A stretch of DNA of 64,000 nt, from contig CAWBMV010000034.1 of the NCBI GenBank assembly GCA_963789955.1, positions 672,001-736,000 on the forward strand. Reading direction: 5' to 3'. The stretch is from an uncultured Candidatus Rokubacteria bacterium. Its GTDB lineage: Bacteria > Methylomirabilota > Methylomirabilia > Rokubacteriales > CSP1-6. The notes beneath the pieces were generated by a model. That model saw only the letters and a list, made by a program, of their open reading frames with translations. It was not told the origin of the DNA and ran no database searches. Every line of letters starts with the position of its first letter. Positions within the stretch are counted from its first letter, which is position 1. The position numbers were made by a program, and so were the translations under genes. Shown here piece by piece: positions 10,347-20,771 of the stretch.

Positions 10347-11288
10347 ATGGCCGAGTCCGAGCGAAACGAGAAGGAGTGGGCGCTCCAGCGGCGACTCGAG
10401 GACGTCTTCGTCAAGCTGGGGGAGAAGTACGGCGACCTGACCGGCCGCGTCGAGACGAAGATCAAGTCGACGATCACCTTCGACGACGTCGGCGGGCTCC
10501 GGCAGGCGAAGACCATCCTCAAAGGATTCGCGCTCGCGCTCAGCGAGCCCGACCTCTACCGGCAGTGGGGCATCGAGCCGCCGAAGGGGCTGCTCCTCTA
10601 CGGACCGCCGGGCACCGGGAAATCGAAGCTCGCGCAGGCGCTCGCCACGACGTCGGGCGCGATCTTCTATCACCTGAAGCTCATGAACCTCACCTCGAAG
10701 TTCGCCGCCAACACCGCCGATCTGCTGCAGGAGATCTTGAAGATCGCGATGGCCGAGGGACCCGCGGTGCTGTTCCTCGACGAGGCCGAGGCGCTCTCGC
10801 TCGAGCACCTGTTGCCGCCGCCCCAGGCGCGGGAAGCGAGCGCGCGGCTGGTCGCGGCGCTGTGCGAGAAGCTGGACGCGATGAGCACGACCGAGCGAAT
10901 CCTGGTCGTCGCGTCCACCACGCACACCGATGCGCTCGATCCCGCGCTGGTCGCGCCGGGACGCCTCGACCATCTCATCGAGATCCCGCCGCCCGATCCG
11001 GCGGCCCAGCGCGAAATCCTGGAGCTGATCCGTCTCCGCACGGAGAAGACCGCGGGGCGTCCGCTCTTCGAGAAGATCGACTACGACAAGATCCTGCCGG
11101 TCATGGGGGGCATGAGCGGCGCCGACCTTTCGGTGATCGTCCGGCGCGCCCTCGAGGTGAAGGTGCGCGCGGCGGCCGAGCGACCGGACGCGCCGCCCGT
11201 CTCGACCGACGACCTGCTGGACGCGATCGACAGCTACAAGGGCGTGCGGGGGGTCGTGGAGAAGATTCGCTACGGTCAGTATCTGTGA
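10347..11288 (+). CDS. Single-domain classical AAA+ ATPase ending in GQYL
   Basis: TFDDVGGL, Walker A GPPGTGKS, Walker B LFLDEAE, SRH-like DALDPALVAPGRLD, GMSGADL; ends KIRYGQYL*. Confidence 0.9.
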   Translation: MAESERNEKEWALQRRLEDVFVKLGEKYGDLTGRVETKIKSTITFDDVGGLRQAKTILKGFALALSEPDLYRQWGIEPPKGLLLYGPPGTGKSKLAQALATTSGAIFYHLKLMNLTSKFAANTADLLQEILKIAMAEGPAVLFLDEAEALSLEHLLPPPQAREASARLVAALCEKLDAMSTTERILVVASTTHTDALDPALVAPGRLDHLIEIPPPDPAAQREILELIRLRTEKTAGRPLFEKIDYDKILPVMGGMSGADLSVIVRRALEVKVRAAAERPDAPPVSTDDLLDAIDSYKGVRGVVEKIRYGQYL

Positions 11289-11692
11289 TCGCGTCGACGA
11301 AGATCCGCGTCCGCTACAAGGACACGGACTGCATGAAGGTCGTCTACTACGGCAACTACCTCACGTACTTCGAGGTCGGCCGGGTCGAGTTTCTCCGCCA
11401 GCAAGGGCTCGCGATGTCCCACGTGGATCGGCAGATCCATCTGCCCGTCGTCGAGGCCCTGGTCCGCTACCGCAAGCCGGCGCGACTCGACGATCTGCTG
11501 GAGGTGCGCTGCTGGGTGAGCGAGCGGCGGCGGGCGAGCTTTCGCTTCGCCTACGAGATCCGCAACGAAGAGGGCGAGCCGGTCGCCACGGGATCCACCC
11601 TGCATGCCTGCCTGGACCCGGCGACCAGCGAGATGGTCGCCGTGCCGGCCTGGCTCCTGGAGCGGATGCCGATCGTCGATCAGTCGAAGTAA
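11285..11692 (+). CDS. YbgC/FcbC-family acyl-CoA thioesterase
   Basis: RVRYKDTDCMKVVYYGNYLTYFEVGRVEF, YRKPARLDD; GTGA overlap. Confidence 0.88.
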   Translation: MIASTKIRVRYKDTDCMKVVYYGNYLTYFEVGRVEFLRQQGLAMSHVDRQIHLPVVEALVRYRKPARLDDLLEVRCWVSERRRASFRFAYEIRNEEGEPVATGSTLHACLDPATSEMVAVPAWLLERMPIVDQSK

Positions 11693-11727
11693 GCGGCCGA
11701 CCGTTGTATACTCCGTAACCGGCCTCG

Positions 11728-12708
11728 ATGATCGAAGTCGATCACCTAACCAAGAGCTACGGCCCCGTCGCCGCGATCCGCGACGTGTCGTTCAGTGTCT
11801 CCCCGGGCCAGATCGTTGGGTTCCTCGGACCCAACGGAGCTGGCAAGTCGACGACGATGCGGATCCTTGCCTGTTTCATGCCGGCCTCGAGCGGCGCCGC
11901 GAAGGTCGCGGGCTACGACGTCTTCGCCCAGTCGATGGAGGTCCGGCGCCGGATCGGCTACCTGCCCGAGAACGTGCCGCTCTACACCGACATGCGCGTG
12001 GCGGCGTACCTCGACTTCGTCGCCGAGGTGAAGGGGGTCGGACGGCTGGAGCGGCGGCGGCGTGTCGCCGACGTCATGGACCGCTGCATGGTGTCCGACG
12101 TGCAGAATCGACTGATCGCCAAGCTGTCCAAGGGCTATCGCCAGCGCGTGGGGCTCGCCCAGGCGATCGTGAGCGATCCCGACGTGCTCATCCTGGACGA
12201 GCCGACGATCGGGCTCGACCCGAAGCAGATCACGGAGATCCGCTCCCTCATCAAGTCGCTCGCCGGTCAGCACACGGTGATCCTGTCGACGCACATCCTG
12301 CCGGAAGTCTCGATGGTCTGCGACGCGGTGATCATCATCAACAAGGGAGCGATCGTCGCCCAGGGCCCCATCGACACCCTGGTCGAGCAGTTCTTCCCGA
12401 CCTCGCGGCTCGAGGTCGAGATCGTCGGCCCGTCGCCGGTGGTCCGCGAGCGGATCCGCGCCATCCCGGGCGTCCTGTCGGTCGAAGACCAGCCGCCCGC
12501 GAACGGCGTCGGCCGGTACACCGTCGAGGCGGCCCGCGATCGTGACGTGCGGGCCGAGATCTTCCAGCTGGCCGCGCAGCAGCGGTGGGATCTGCTCGAG
12601 CTCAAGCGCGTGGGGCTGACGCTCGAGGAGGTCTTCATCCGGGTCGTCGCCGGCGAGGAGTCCACCCAGGCTTCCGGCGAGGGCTCCGTGGAGGCACCGG
12701 CGCCGTGA
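11728..12708 (+). CDS. ABC-2 type ATP-binding protein (GldA-like)
   Basis: GPNGAGKST, LSKGYRQRVG, LILDEPT. Confidence 0.92.
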   Translation: MIEVDHLTKSYGPVAAIRDVSFSVSPGQIVGFLGPNGAGKSTTMRILACFMPASSGAAKVAGYDVFAQSMEVRRRIGYLPENVPLYTDMRVAAYLDFVAEVKGVGRLERRRRVADVMDRCMVSDVQNRLIAKLSKGYRQRVGLAQAIVSDPDVLILDEPTIGLDPKQITEIRSLIKSLAGQHTVILSTHILPEVSMVCDAVIIINKGAIVAQGPIDTLVEQFFPTSRLEVEIVGPSPVVRERIRAIPGVLSVEDQPPANGVGRYTVEAARDRDVRAEIFQLAAQQRWDLLELKRVGLTLEEVFIRVVAGEESTQASGEGSVEAPAP

Positions 12709-13472
12709 AGATCTGGGCGATCTTCAAGAAGGAGATGCGCCTCTACTTCACCTCGCCGGTGGCGTGGGTCGTGTTCACGATCTTCCTCCTGATCGCGGGC
12801 TACTTCTTCTACTCGATCTTCGCGTTCTTCACCTTGGCCTCGATGCAGTCGGCGATGAACCCGCAGATGGGCCGCGACCTGAACGTGACCGACAGCGTCA
12901 TGCGGCCGCTGTTCTCGAACATCAGCGTGATCCTGCTCCTGCTCATGCCGCTGGTGACGATGCGGCTCTTCGCCGAGGAGCGGCGCTCCGGCACCATCGA
13001 GCTGCTGCTCACGTACCCGGTGCGCGACGGGGCCGTGCTGGCCGGAAAATACCTCGCGGCGCTCGGCCTCTACGCGATCATGATCGGGCTCACCCTGCTC
13101 TATCCGGGCATCGTGGTGTACTTCGCGCGGCTCGAGTGGGGCCCGATCCTCACGGGGTATCTCGGGCTCCTCCTGATGGGGGCGACGTTCATCGCCGTCG
13201 GCGTCTTCGCCTCGTCCTTGACCGAGAACCAGATCGTGGCGGCGATCACCACCTTCGGAGCGCTCCTCATCTTCTGGATCCTCGGCTGGAGCGCGGACTA
13301 CGCCGGCGGGACGGCCGGCAAGGTGCTGCAGTTCCTGTCGATCCTGGAGCACAACGACAGCTTCTCGAAGGGCGTGCTCGACACGAAGGACGTCCTCTAC
13401 TATCTGAACTTCACGGTGCTCGCGCTGTTCCTGACCTTGCGCTCGCTCGAGGCCCGCCGATGGAAGGGATGA
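12705..13472 (+). CDS. ABC-2 permease (GldF-like)
   Basis: KKEMRLYFTSPVAW, MRLFAEERRSGTIELLLTYP, SSLTENQIVA. Confidence 0.9.
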   Translation: MKIWAIFKKEMRLYFTSPVAWVVFTIFLLIAGYFFYSIFAFFTLASMQSAMNPQMGRDLNVTDSVMRPLFSNISVILLLLMPLVTMRLFAEERRSGTIELLLTYPVRDGAVLAGKYLAALGLYAIMIGLTLLYPGIVVYFARLEWGPILTGYLGLLLMGATFIAVGVFASSLTENQIVAAITTFGALLIFWILGWSADYAGGTAGKVLQFLSILEHNDSFSKGVLDTKDVLYYLNFTVLALFLTLRSLEARRWKG

Positions 13473-14993
13473 TCCGGCGGCTGCTCGACTGGGGCGGCTA
13501 TCTCGGGATCGCCGTGCTGGCCTTCGGGGCGATCCTGCCGTTCGTGCGGCCGGAATGGAATCGGTTCCGGTGGATCTTCCTCGCCGTCGGCGTCCTGCTC
13601 GTCCTGGTGTCCTTGCTCGCCCGGGTCGAGGACTATCGCGGGCTCTTCGGCCGGCGCGCGATGAAGTACGGCCTGAACACCGCCGTCGCGGTTGCGCTGG
13701 TGCTGGGCGCGACGGTCGTCGTCCAGGCGCTCTCGTTCCGCCACAGCGCGCGCTGGGATCTCACCGAGAACAAGCGTTTCAGCCTGTCGCCGCAGACCAT
13801 CCAGCTGCTCGGCGGTCTCAAGACCGACGTGAGCGCGGTCGCGTTCTTCCGCAGCGATCAACCCGGCAAGCGGGTGGCCGAGGACCTCCTGAAGCAGTAC
13901 GCCCGCTATTCGAACGGCAAGTTCACCTGGAAGAGCGCCGACCCAGACCGTGAGCCCGGGCTGGCCCGGCGCTACGGCATCGAGTCCTACGGCACGATCG
14001 TGCTCGAGACCAAGGCCAAGTCGGAGAAGGTGCTCGACGCCGAGGAAGAAAAGCTGACGAACGGTCTCGTCAAGGTCACGCGCGAGGGCAAGCGCCTCGT
14101 CTACGTGGTCCAGGGGCACGGCGAGGCCGAGCTCGGGAGCACCGAGCGGCCGGGATTCAGCGAAGCGAAGTCGGCGATGGAAAAGGCCAACTACGACGTC
14201 AAGCCGCTCGTCCTGGCGCGCGCGGGCAAGGTCCCGGACGACGCGACCGTCGTCATCCTCGCCGGGCCGAAGAACGATCTGTTCCCGCCGGAGCTCGACG
14301 CCCTCGACGCGTACCTGGGCCGGGGCGGCAAGGTGCTGGCGATGATCAATCCGTTCCAGAACGAGGGGCTCAAGAAGCACCTCGTGAAGTACGGATTCCA
14401 GCTCGACGATGACCTGGTCGTGGAGCAGAACCCGATCGGGCGCCTCTTCGGAATCGGACCGGAGGTCCCGATCATCCAGCAGTACGACTCGCATCCGATC
14501 ACGCGGGACCTCGCCGGCATCACGACCCTGTTCCCGCTGACGCGCTCGATCACCGCGCTCAAGACCCCGCCGAAGGGCGTGACCGTGCAGACGCTCGCGA
14601 AGACCAGCCCCGACAGCTGGGGCGAGACCAATCGCGCGGATCTTCAGCGCGGCGTGGCGCAGCCCGATCGCTCAGGACTTGAAGGGCCCGCTGGCGGTCG
14701 CGGCGGTCGCGACGATGGACAAGGCGCGGATGGTCGTCTACGGCACGTCCAACCTCGCCGCGAATCAGTTCCTGAACATCCAGGGCAATCGCGACTTCTT
14801 CCTCAACACCGTGAGCTGGCTCGCCGAGGAAGAAGATCAGATCTCGGTCCGTCCCAAGGACGTGAAGCAGACCCCGGTGTTCATGAGCTCGAACCAGGCG
14901 CAGGCCGTCTTCCTCCTGCCCGTCGTGATCCTGCCCGCGCTCGTCCTCGCCGGCGGGATCGTCGCCGTCGTCCGCCGCCGCGCGGCGAACTAG
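13469..14993 (+). CDS. GldG-family ABC auxiliary component (frameshift near 14670)
   Basis: RWDLTENKRFSLSPQT, GHGE, GNRDFFLNTVSWL, C-terminal TM helix. Confidence 0.85.
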
Positions 14994-15005
14994 TCGGGCG
15001 GTACC

Positions 15006-16773
15006 ATGCGCTGGCAGACGACCGCAGCCCTGGCCGTCATCCTGATCGCCCTGGGCGCCTTCTACTACGTCTACGAAATCCGGCTGGGCCCTGAGCGCGA
15101 GAAGACCGAAGGGCGCAAGGGCCGCGTCTTCACGGTCGAGCCGGCCGACGTCGCGGAGGTGGAGCTCAAACGCGCCGATTCCACGGTCAAGCTCAAGCGC
15201 GCAGGACGACGGCTGGCAGATTCTCGAGCCGGTGAACGCGCGGGGCGACCGCGGCGCCGTCGACGAGACGGTGACCTCGATCGTGACGGCCCGCATGGAT
15301 CGCGAGATCGAGGCCGAGCCGAAAGCGCTCGGCGACTTCGGGCTCGACCGCCCGGCCGCCGAAGCGACGCTCAAGCTCAAGGACGGCAAGCAGATCGGTC
15401 TGGTCCTCGGCGCCAAGAGCCCGACCGGCGTGTGGGTGTACGCGCGCGAGGCGGGCAAGCCGGCGGTCTTCGTGGTCGGCGACTCGGTCCTGCGCGACAC
15501 GACGCGACCGGTCGCCGAGTTCCGCGACAAGACCGTGCTCGCGTTCGAGCAGAAGGACGTGACGGGGCTCGAGCTCGACATGCGCGACGAGAAGATCGCG
15601 CTCGAGCAGGCCGACGGCCGCTGGAAGGTGACGAAGCCGCGGCCGCTGCCGGCGGACGCCGACACGGTGCGCGACTTCCTCGACAAGCTCCGCGCGGCGC
15701 GCGTCAAGGAGTTCGCGGCCGACGCGCCCAAATCGCTGGAGCCGTTCGGCCTCGACAAGCCGGTGCGCCTCGACGTCCAGACGGGGCGCGAGAAGGACCG
15801 CGCGACGAAGACCTTGCTGATCGGGCGCGCCGACCCGGCCAAGAAGGGCGTCTACGCCATGCGGCCGGGCGAGTCGGCGGTGCTGCTGATCCCCGACGAG
15901 ACGTGGACGGCGGTGCCGAAGAACCTCGCGGTCCTGCGCGACAAGAGCGTCGTCGGATTCGATCGCGACAAGGTGACGAAGATCGAGATCGAGAGCCCGA
16001 AGGGCACGGTCACGATTGCCAAGGACGGCGACCGCTGGAAGATCACCGCGCCGCAGGCGCTGGCCGCCGATCAGGTCGAAGCCGGCGCGGTGCTCTTCAA
16101 GCTGCGCGACCTCCGGGCCCAGGCGTTCCTGACCGACGACGCCTCGGGGATCCCGCGCTATCTGGCCAAGCCCACGGTGCGGGTGAACATCACCGAGCAA
16201 GGCGCGTCGGCGCCGCGGACGGTGCTGCTGGCGCCCTCGACCGAGAAGCGCGGCGGCTCGCCCAGCGCCTACGCGGCGGTGGCGGGCCAGGGGCCGGTGG
16301 TGCTGGTCGACGGCAAGGCGCTCGAGGATCTGGGCCGATCGTCCGACGATCTGCGCGACCGCACGCTCATGTCCGGGCTCGAGCCGCGCGACATCAAGCG
16401 CATGCGCGTGCGCGCCGGCGGCCAGACCGTCGTGGTCGAGCGGAGCGGGGAGAGCGACTGGAAGCTGGTCGAGGGCGGAAGCGGCGCCGCGAAGTCCGCG
16501 ACCGTGGACAACCTGCTCTACTCGCTCCGGGCGCTGAAGTGGAAGACGATCGCGGCGCCGACCGGCGACGAGCCGGCCAAGTACGGGCTCGATGCGCCGA
16601 CCTTCGAGGTGACGCTCCTGAAAGCCGACGGCAGCGAGGCCGGCGCGCTGCTGGTCGGAAAGCGCGAGGGCGACCAGGCCTGGGTCAAGCTCAAGACCGC
16701 GCCGGCGATCTACACCGTGGACGTCAAGCAGCTCGGTGAGACGCCGAAGGTCCCGAACGACTTCAAGAGCTGA
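15006..16773 (+). CDS. DUF4340 repeat-containing periplasmic protein (frameshift near 15200)
   Basis: N-terminal TM anchor; repeated W...P...AD...V / FGLD.P modules; follows gldG-like gene. Confidence 0.8.
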
Positions 16774-17743
16774 TCAGTCGAGCAGGCCGAGCTCCCGGTA
16801 GCGCGGGGCGATCCGCTCCGAGATGAGCCCGAGCCGCTTCAGCCGCGGCATCAGATTCTCCTGGAACAGAAAGCTGTTGAACGACTTCGTCGTCTGGGAA
16901 TTTCGGATGGTATCGCGCCACAGCTCCTCACCGTCCCAGCCCATCTCGTTCCAGACGCTCTTCACCGACTGAAAGCCCGTCCGCTCGTCGCGCGCGTACA
17001 TGTGGTCGCACGCCCTGAAGGTGAAGTCCTCGAGGTACTCGCGCTTGGCCGGCTCCATGTTCGGGATCGACCGCCGCAGCGCGAAGTACCCGAAGTTCAC
17101 GTGACGCCCTTCGTCCTGCAGGACGTAGTCGAGCAGCTGCGCCGAGCGTCGGGTCGCCCGTCTGCTTGCGCATGAGATTGAAGGCCGCGATCGCGAGGCC
17201 CTCGACGATCATCTGCATGCCCAGGAGCTTGAGCTCCCAGAGGTTCGTGGCCAGGATCTCGTCGAGCAGCGCCTTGAGCAGCGGGTCGACCGGATAGATC
17301 TTGTGGAGCTTCTTGACGTAGCGCTCGAACACCTCGACGTGCCGGCCTTCGTCGACGACCTGGGTCGAGGCGTAGAGCTTGGCGTCGAGCTCGGGGATCG
17401 AGTTCACGAGCTGTCCGCACACCACGAGGGCGCCCTGTTCGCCGTGGAGGAACTGCGAGAGGCGCCAGGCGGAGACGCGGATCTCGACTTCCTTGCGCTC
17501 CTCGGCGGTGAGCTTGGGAAAGAAGTCGGTGCCCATGAACGCCATCTGCACGTTGAGCACGGGCCCTTCGGCGCCGACCGGGCGGTCCCAGTCGATCGCG
17601 ACCGAGCCGTTCCACTGGTTCTTCTTGGCGGTCTCGTACAGGGTCGCGAGCTCGTCGTGCGTCGGTACGTAGTCGTAGTCCCACAGGGTTTCCAGCTGGT
17701 AGGTCACCCGTCGGGCCGCGGCTGCTCCGTGTGTTGTCGTCAC
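16774..17743 (-). CDS. Ferritin-like di-iron protein, AurF/oxygenase-like (frameshift near 17145)
   Basis: LSQFLHGEQGAL, QVVDEGRHVEVF, MIVEGLAIA, QDEGRHVNFG (two ExxH motifs). Confidence 0.8.
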
Positions 17744-17871
17744 GCGCTCACCTCGGATTGGACTCCGAATCGATCAGGGTCCGACATTCTACCCCGCCGG
17801 TGCCGTGCGCGCTCGAATCGGGACGAAGTGCCGTTGTCGCCTGGCCCATGGACCTGGAGTAGGATGGTGCC

Positions 17872-18570
17872 GTGCCCGACGACGCGATCTACCTGGAGCA
17901 GATGGAGCTGGGGCCGATGCAGAACTTCGTCTATCTCATCGGCGACCCGCAGGCCCGCGAGTGCGTCGTGGTCGACCCGGCGTGGGAGATCGACACGATC
18001 GTCGAGACCGCCCAGGCCCGCGGCATGACGATCACGGGCGCGCTCGTCACCCACACCCACCAGGACCACGTGGGGGGCAGCCTCGAGTCCTGGGGGATGC
18101 CTGGGCGCATTCCGGGGATCGAGGACCTGCTGGAGCGCGTGAAGGCGAAGGTCTACGTCCACAAGGCCGAGCGCGAGTTCCTGAAGGGCTTCGGCTCCGA
18201 CCTCGTGAAGGTCGACAATCACTCGACCCTGGCGATCGGGCGACTCACCTTGACCTTCATGCACACGCCCGGACACACGCCGGGCTCGCAGTGCTTCCTG
18301 ATCGACGGCCGGCTCGTGTCGGGCGACACGCTCTTCATCGGCTCGTGCGGCCGGACCGATCTGCCGGGCAGCGATCCGAGCGAGATGTACTATTCGCTCA
18401 CGCAGCGGCTCGGCGCGCTGCCCGAATCCACGGTGCTGCTGCCCGGGCACAACTACGGCGGCGCGTCGTCGACGATCGGCGACGAGAAGCGCGGCAATCC
18501 CTTCATGCGCTTCCCGTCGCTCGGCGACTTCCTGCGCGTGATGGGCGGCGGCCGAACCGCCGGGCCCTGA
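17872..18570 (+). CDS. MBL-fold metallo-hydrolase (glyoxalase II-like)
   Basis: THTHQDHVGG, HTPGHTPGS, SGDTLF, GRTDLPG, PGHNYG. Confidence 0.9.
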   Translation: MPDDAIYLEQMELGPMQNFVYLIGDPQARECVVVDPAWEIDTIVETAQARGMTITGALVTHTHQDHVGGSLESWGMPGRIPGIEDLLERVKAKVYVHKAEREFLKGFGSDLVKVDNHSTLAIGRLTLTFMHTPGHTPGSQCFLIDGRLVSGDTLFIGSCGRTDLPGSDPSEMYYSLTQRLGALPESTVLLPGHNYGGASSTIGDEKRGNPFMRFPSLGDFLRVMGGGRTAGP

Positions 18571-18585
18571 CGCGGCGCGCCCCGC

Positions 18586-18925
18586 TCACGCGCCTTCACC
18601 GCCGTCCACTGCCAGGATCTGCCCGGTGATGTAGCGCGGGCAGGTGGCGAAGAACACGACGGCCGCCGCCAGCTCGTCGAGGCATGTGGGACGGGCGGAC
18701 CCCGCGGAGATTCAGATCGAGCAGTCGATCGTACTGCGCGAGCGATGTCGTCGCGAAGGGCGTGCACTCGAACCGCGCCGCGCGATCGGCGGCCACACGC
18801 CGCGCCGCGCGTCCCGATCGGTGATAGCCGATGGCCACGTCCATCCCCGCGCGGGCCAGCGCCAGCGCGATCGCGCGTCCGACGCGAATGGCGCCGTCCG
18901 TGACGAGCGCGCGCGGCCGTTGTCT
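18586..18925 (-). pseudogene. Internally deleted SDR oxidoreductase remnant (pteridine reductase-like)
   Basis: N-terminal RALVTDGAIRVGRAIALALARAGMDVAIGYHRS and C-terminal DELAAAVVFFATCPRYITGQILAVDGG* within about 340 bp; catalytic core missing. Confidence 0.75.
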
Positions 18926-18965
18926 GCCGGAACCGGTAGCGCGGGGTGCTATCCTCGAAGAGTCC

Positions 18966-19571
18966 ATGTCGAACGGTGTGCGGAACTGGCTCAAGGTCCG
19001 ATTCATCGCGGGTTTCTTCGTCACGGTTCCCGCCTTTCTCACCGCGTGGCTCCTCTGGATTTTCTGGAGCCGGATCGACGACGTGTTCGCTCCGATGTAT
19101 CAGCGGATTCTCGGGCGCGACCTCCCTGGACTCGGGTTCCTGACGGCCGTCGGCATCATTTTCATGATGGGCACGATCGCCCGGAACGTCGTCGGGCGCC
19201 GCGTGCTCGCCTGGGGCGACAAGCTTCTGCTCCGCGTGCCGATCTACCGGCGGCTCTATCCGTCGGTCAAGATGCTGATCGATTCGTTCTCGCCCGAGCG
19301 GCGGAGCGCCTTCGGCGCGGTGGTGCTGGTCGAGCATCCGCGCCAGGGCGAGTACGCGTTCGGCTTCGTCACCAGCCATGTCGTCGTCGAGACCCAGCAC
19401 GGCAAGCGTGAGATGGTGACCGTCTTCATCCCGACGAACAACCTCTATCTGGGCGACGTCGTCCTGGTTCCGCGCGACGACGTCGTGCCGACAGGTCTGC
19501 CGGTCGAGGAAGGCGTGCGCATCATCCTGTCGGCGGGCAATGCAACCCCGCGACAGCTCCCCAGAAGCTAG
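18966..19571 (+). CDS. DUF502 membrane protein
   Basis: FIAGFFVTVP, RVPIYRRLYPSVK, VVLVEHPR.G, VFIPTNNLYLG. Confidence 0.85.
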   Translation: MSNGVRNWLKVRFIAGFFVTVPAFLTAWLLWIFWSRIDDVFAPMYQRILGRDLPGLGFLTAVGIIFMMGTIARNVVGRRVLAWGDKLLLRVPIYRRLYPSVKMLIDSFSPERRSAFGAVVLVEHPRQGEYAFGFVTSHVVVETQHGKREMVTVFIPTNNLYLGDVVLVPRDDVVPTGLPVEEGVRIILSAGNATPRQLPRS

Positions 19572-20212
19572 CGCGCCCCGCGCCCCGTCGAAAGCTGCTG
19601 CGCCCACTCGGTCACCGCCTCGCCCAGCGGGAACAGCTTGCCGAAGAAGAAGTGATCGGCGCCTTCGATCGCGGCCGTCTTGATCCACGGCCGCGCTGCC
19701 GTGAACCGGGCGAACTCGTCGGGCGGACAGTACTGGTCTCGAGTGCCGGCGACCGCAAGGGTCGGAATCTTCCGGTCCTCGAGGAACCCGAAGTCGGACA
19801 TCGCCAGGGGCGGGGCGATCAACGCCATGCCGGCAATCCGACTATCTCGGCTGCCGACCAGCGCGGCGATCCTCGAGCCGAACGAATATCCGGCAATGGC
19901 GAGCGCGCTACTCCCGATCGCCTTGGCCAAGGTGTCGAGCGCGGCGATGGCGTCGTCTTGCTCGCCGACTCCACCCCCATGGGCACCGCCGGACGCGCCG
20001 ACTCCCCGGAAATTGAAGCGTAACGTGGCGAGACCGAGGCTCGAGCACACCTCCTGGACCCGCACGACGACAGGATTGTCCATGTCACCGCCGTAGAGTG
20101 GGTGAGGATGGCAGATCACGACACCAGCGGTAGGGGAGGCGGGTAGGGCCAGGAGAGCCTCGAGGCTCAAATCCCGTCCCACAGCCAGACTTACGGACTG
20201 TTCGGGTATCAT
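19568..20212 (-). CDS. Alpha/beta hydrolase (COG2945-like)
   Basis: CHPHPLYGGDMDN, RFNFRGVGAS, GYSFG nucleophile elbow, GADHFF. Confidence 0.9.
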   Translation of the reverse strand: MIPEQSVSLAVGRDLSLEALLALPASPTAGVVICHPHPLYGGDMDNPVVVRVQEVCSSLGLATLRFNFRGVGASGGAHGGGVGEQDDAIAALDTLAKAIGSSALAIAGYSFGSRIAALVGSRDSRIAGMALIAPPLAMSDFGFLEDRKIPTLAVAGTRDQYCPPDEFARFTAARPWIKTAAIEGADHFFFGKLFPLGEAVTEWAQQLSTGRGAR

Positions 20213-20252
20213 GTGCCGCCATGAGAATACGGGTGGGGGCTTCGCGCGTCCA

Positions 20253-20771
20253 ATGATCGTGTTGACCTGCCTGCTGACCCGCCGCCGCATCGGCGCCTAT
20301 CTCGATGGAGCGCTCGAGGACGGAAGCGCCAAATCCGTCGCCACACACCTGAGCGGATGCACACGGTGTCAGGGTGAAGCCGAGAATATCCGGAGAATCC
20401 GTGCTCTCCTCCATCGCACCTTGAGCCTCGGTCAGAACCGTGCCGAGCCCGCCGACTGGTCCGGCTTCTGGCCCGGGGTCGTCCGCGGAATCGAGGACGC
20501 CAAGCATCGCGGGGCGCCGGCTCCCGTGCCAGTCCCGCGAAGCTGGTGGTGGCGACCCCGATTGACGCTCGGCGGCGCGCTCGTCGCGGCCGTCCTCGCC
20601 TCGGTCACGCTCTGGCAGTTGACGTCCGGTCCTCTCGCTCCCGAAGCTCCCATCTTCGTCAGCTCGGCCCACACCGACGATCCGCGAGGGACCGTCGTGG
20701 TGTACTCGCCGCATGAGCAGCAGGATGTGGCGGTCGTGTGGGTGTTGGGGCTCGACGACTCTTCTGACTGA
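20253..20771 (+). CDS. Zinc-finger (zf-HC2) anti-sigma factor with one TM helix
   Basis: C...IGAYLDGAL.......VATHLSGCTRC (HxxxCxxC), then TM GGALVAAVLASVTLW. Confidence 0.8.
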   Translation: MIVLTCLLTRRRIGAYLDGALEDGSAKSVATHLSGCTRCQGEAENIRRIRALLHRTLSLGQNRAEPADWSGFWPGVVRGIEDAKHRGAPAPVPVPRSWWWRPRLTLGGALVAAVLASVTLWQLTSGPLAPEAPIFVSSAHTDDPRGTVVVYSPHEQQDVAVVWVLGLDDSSD

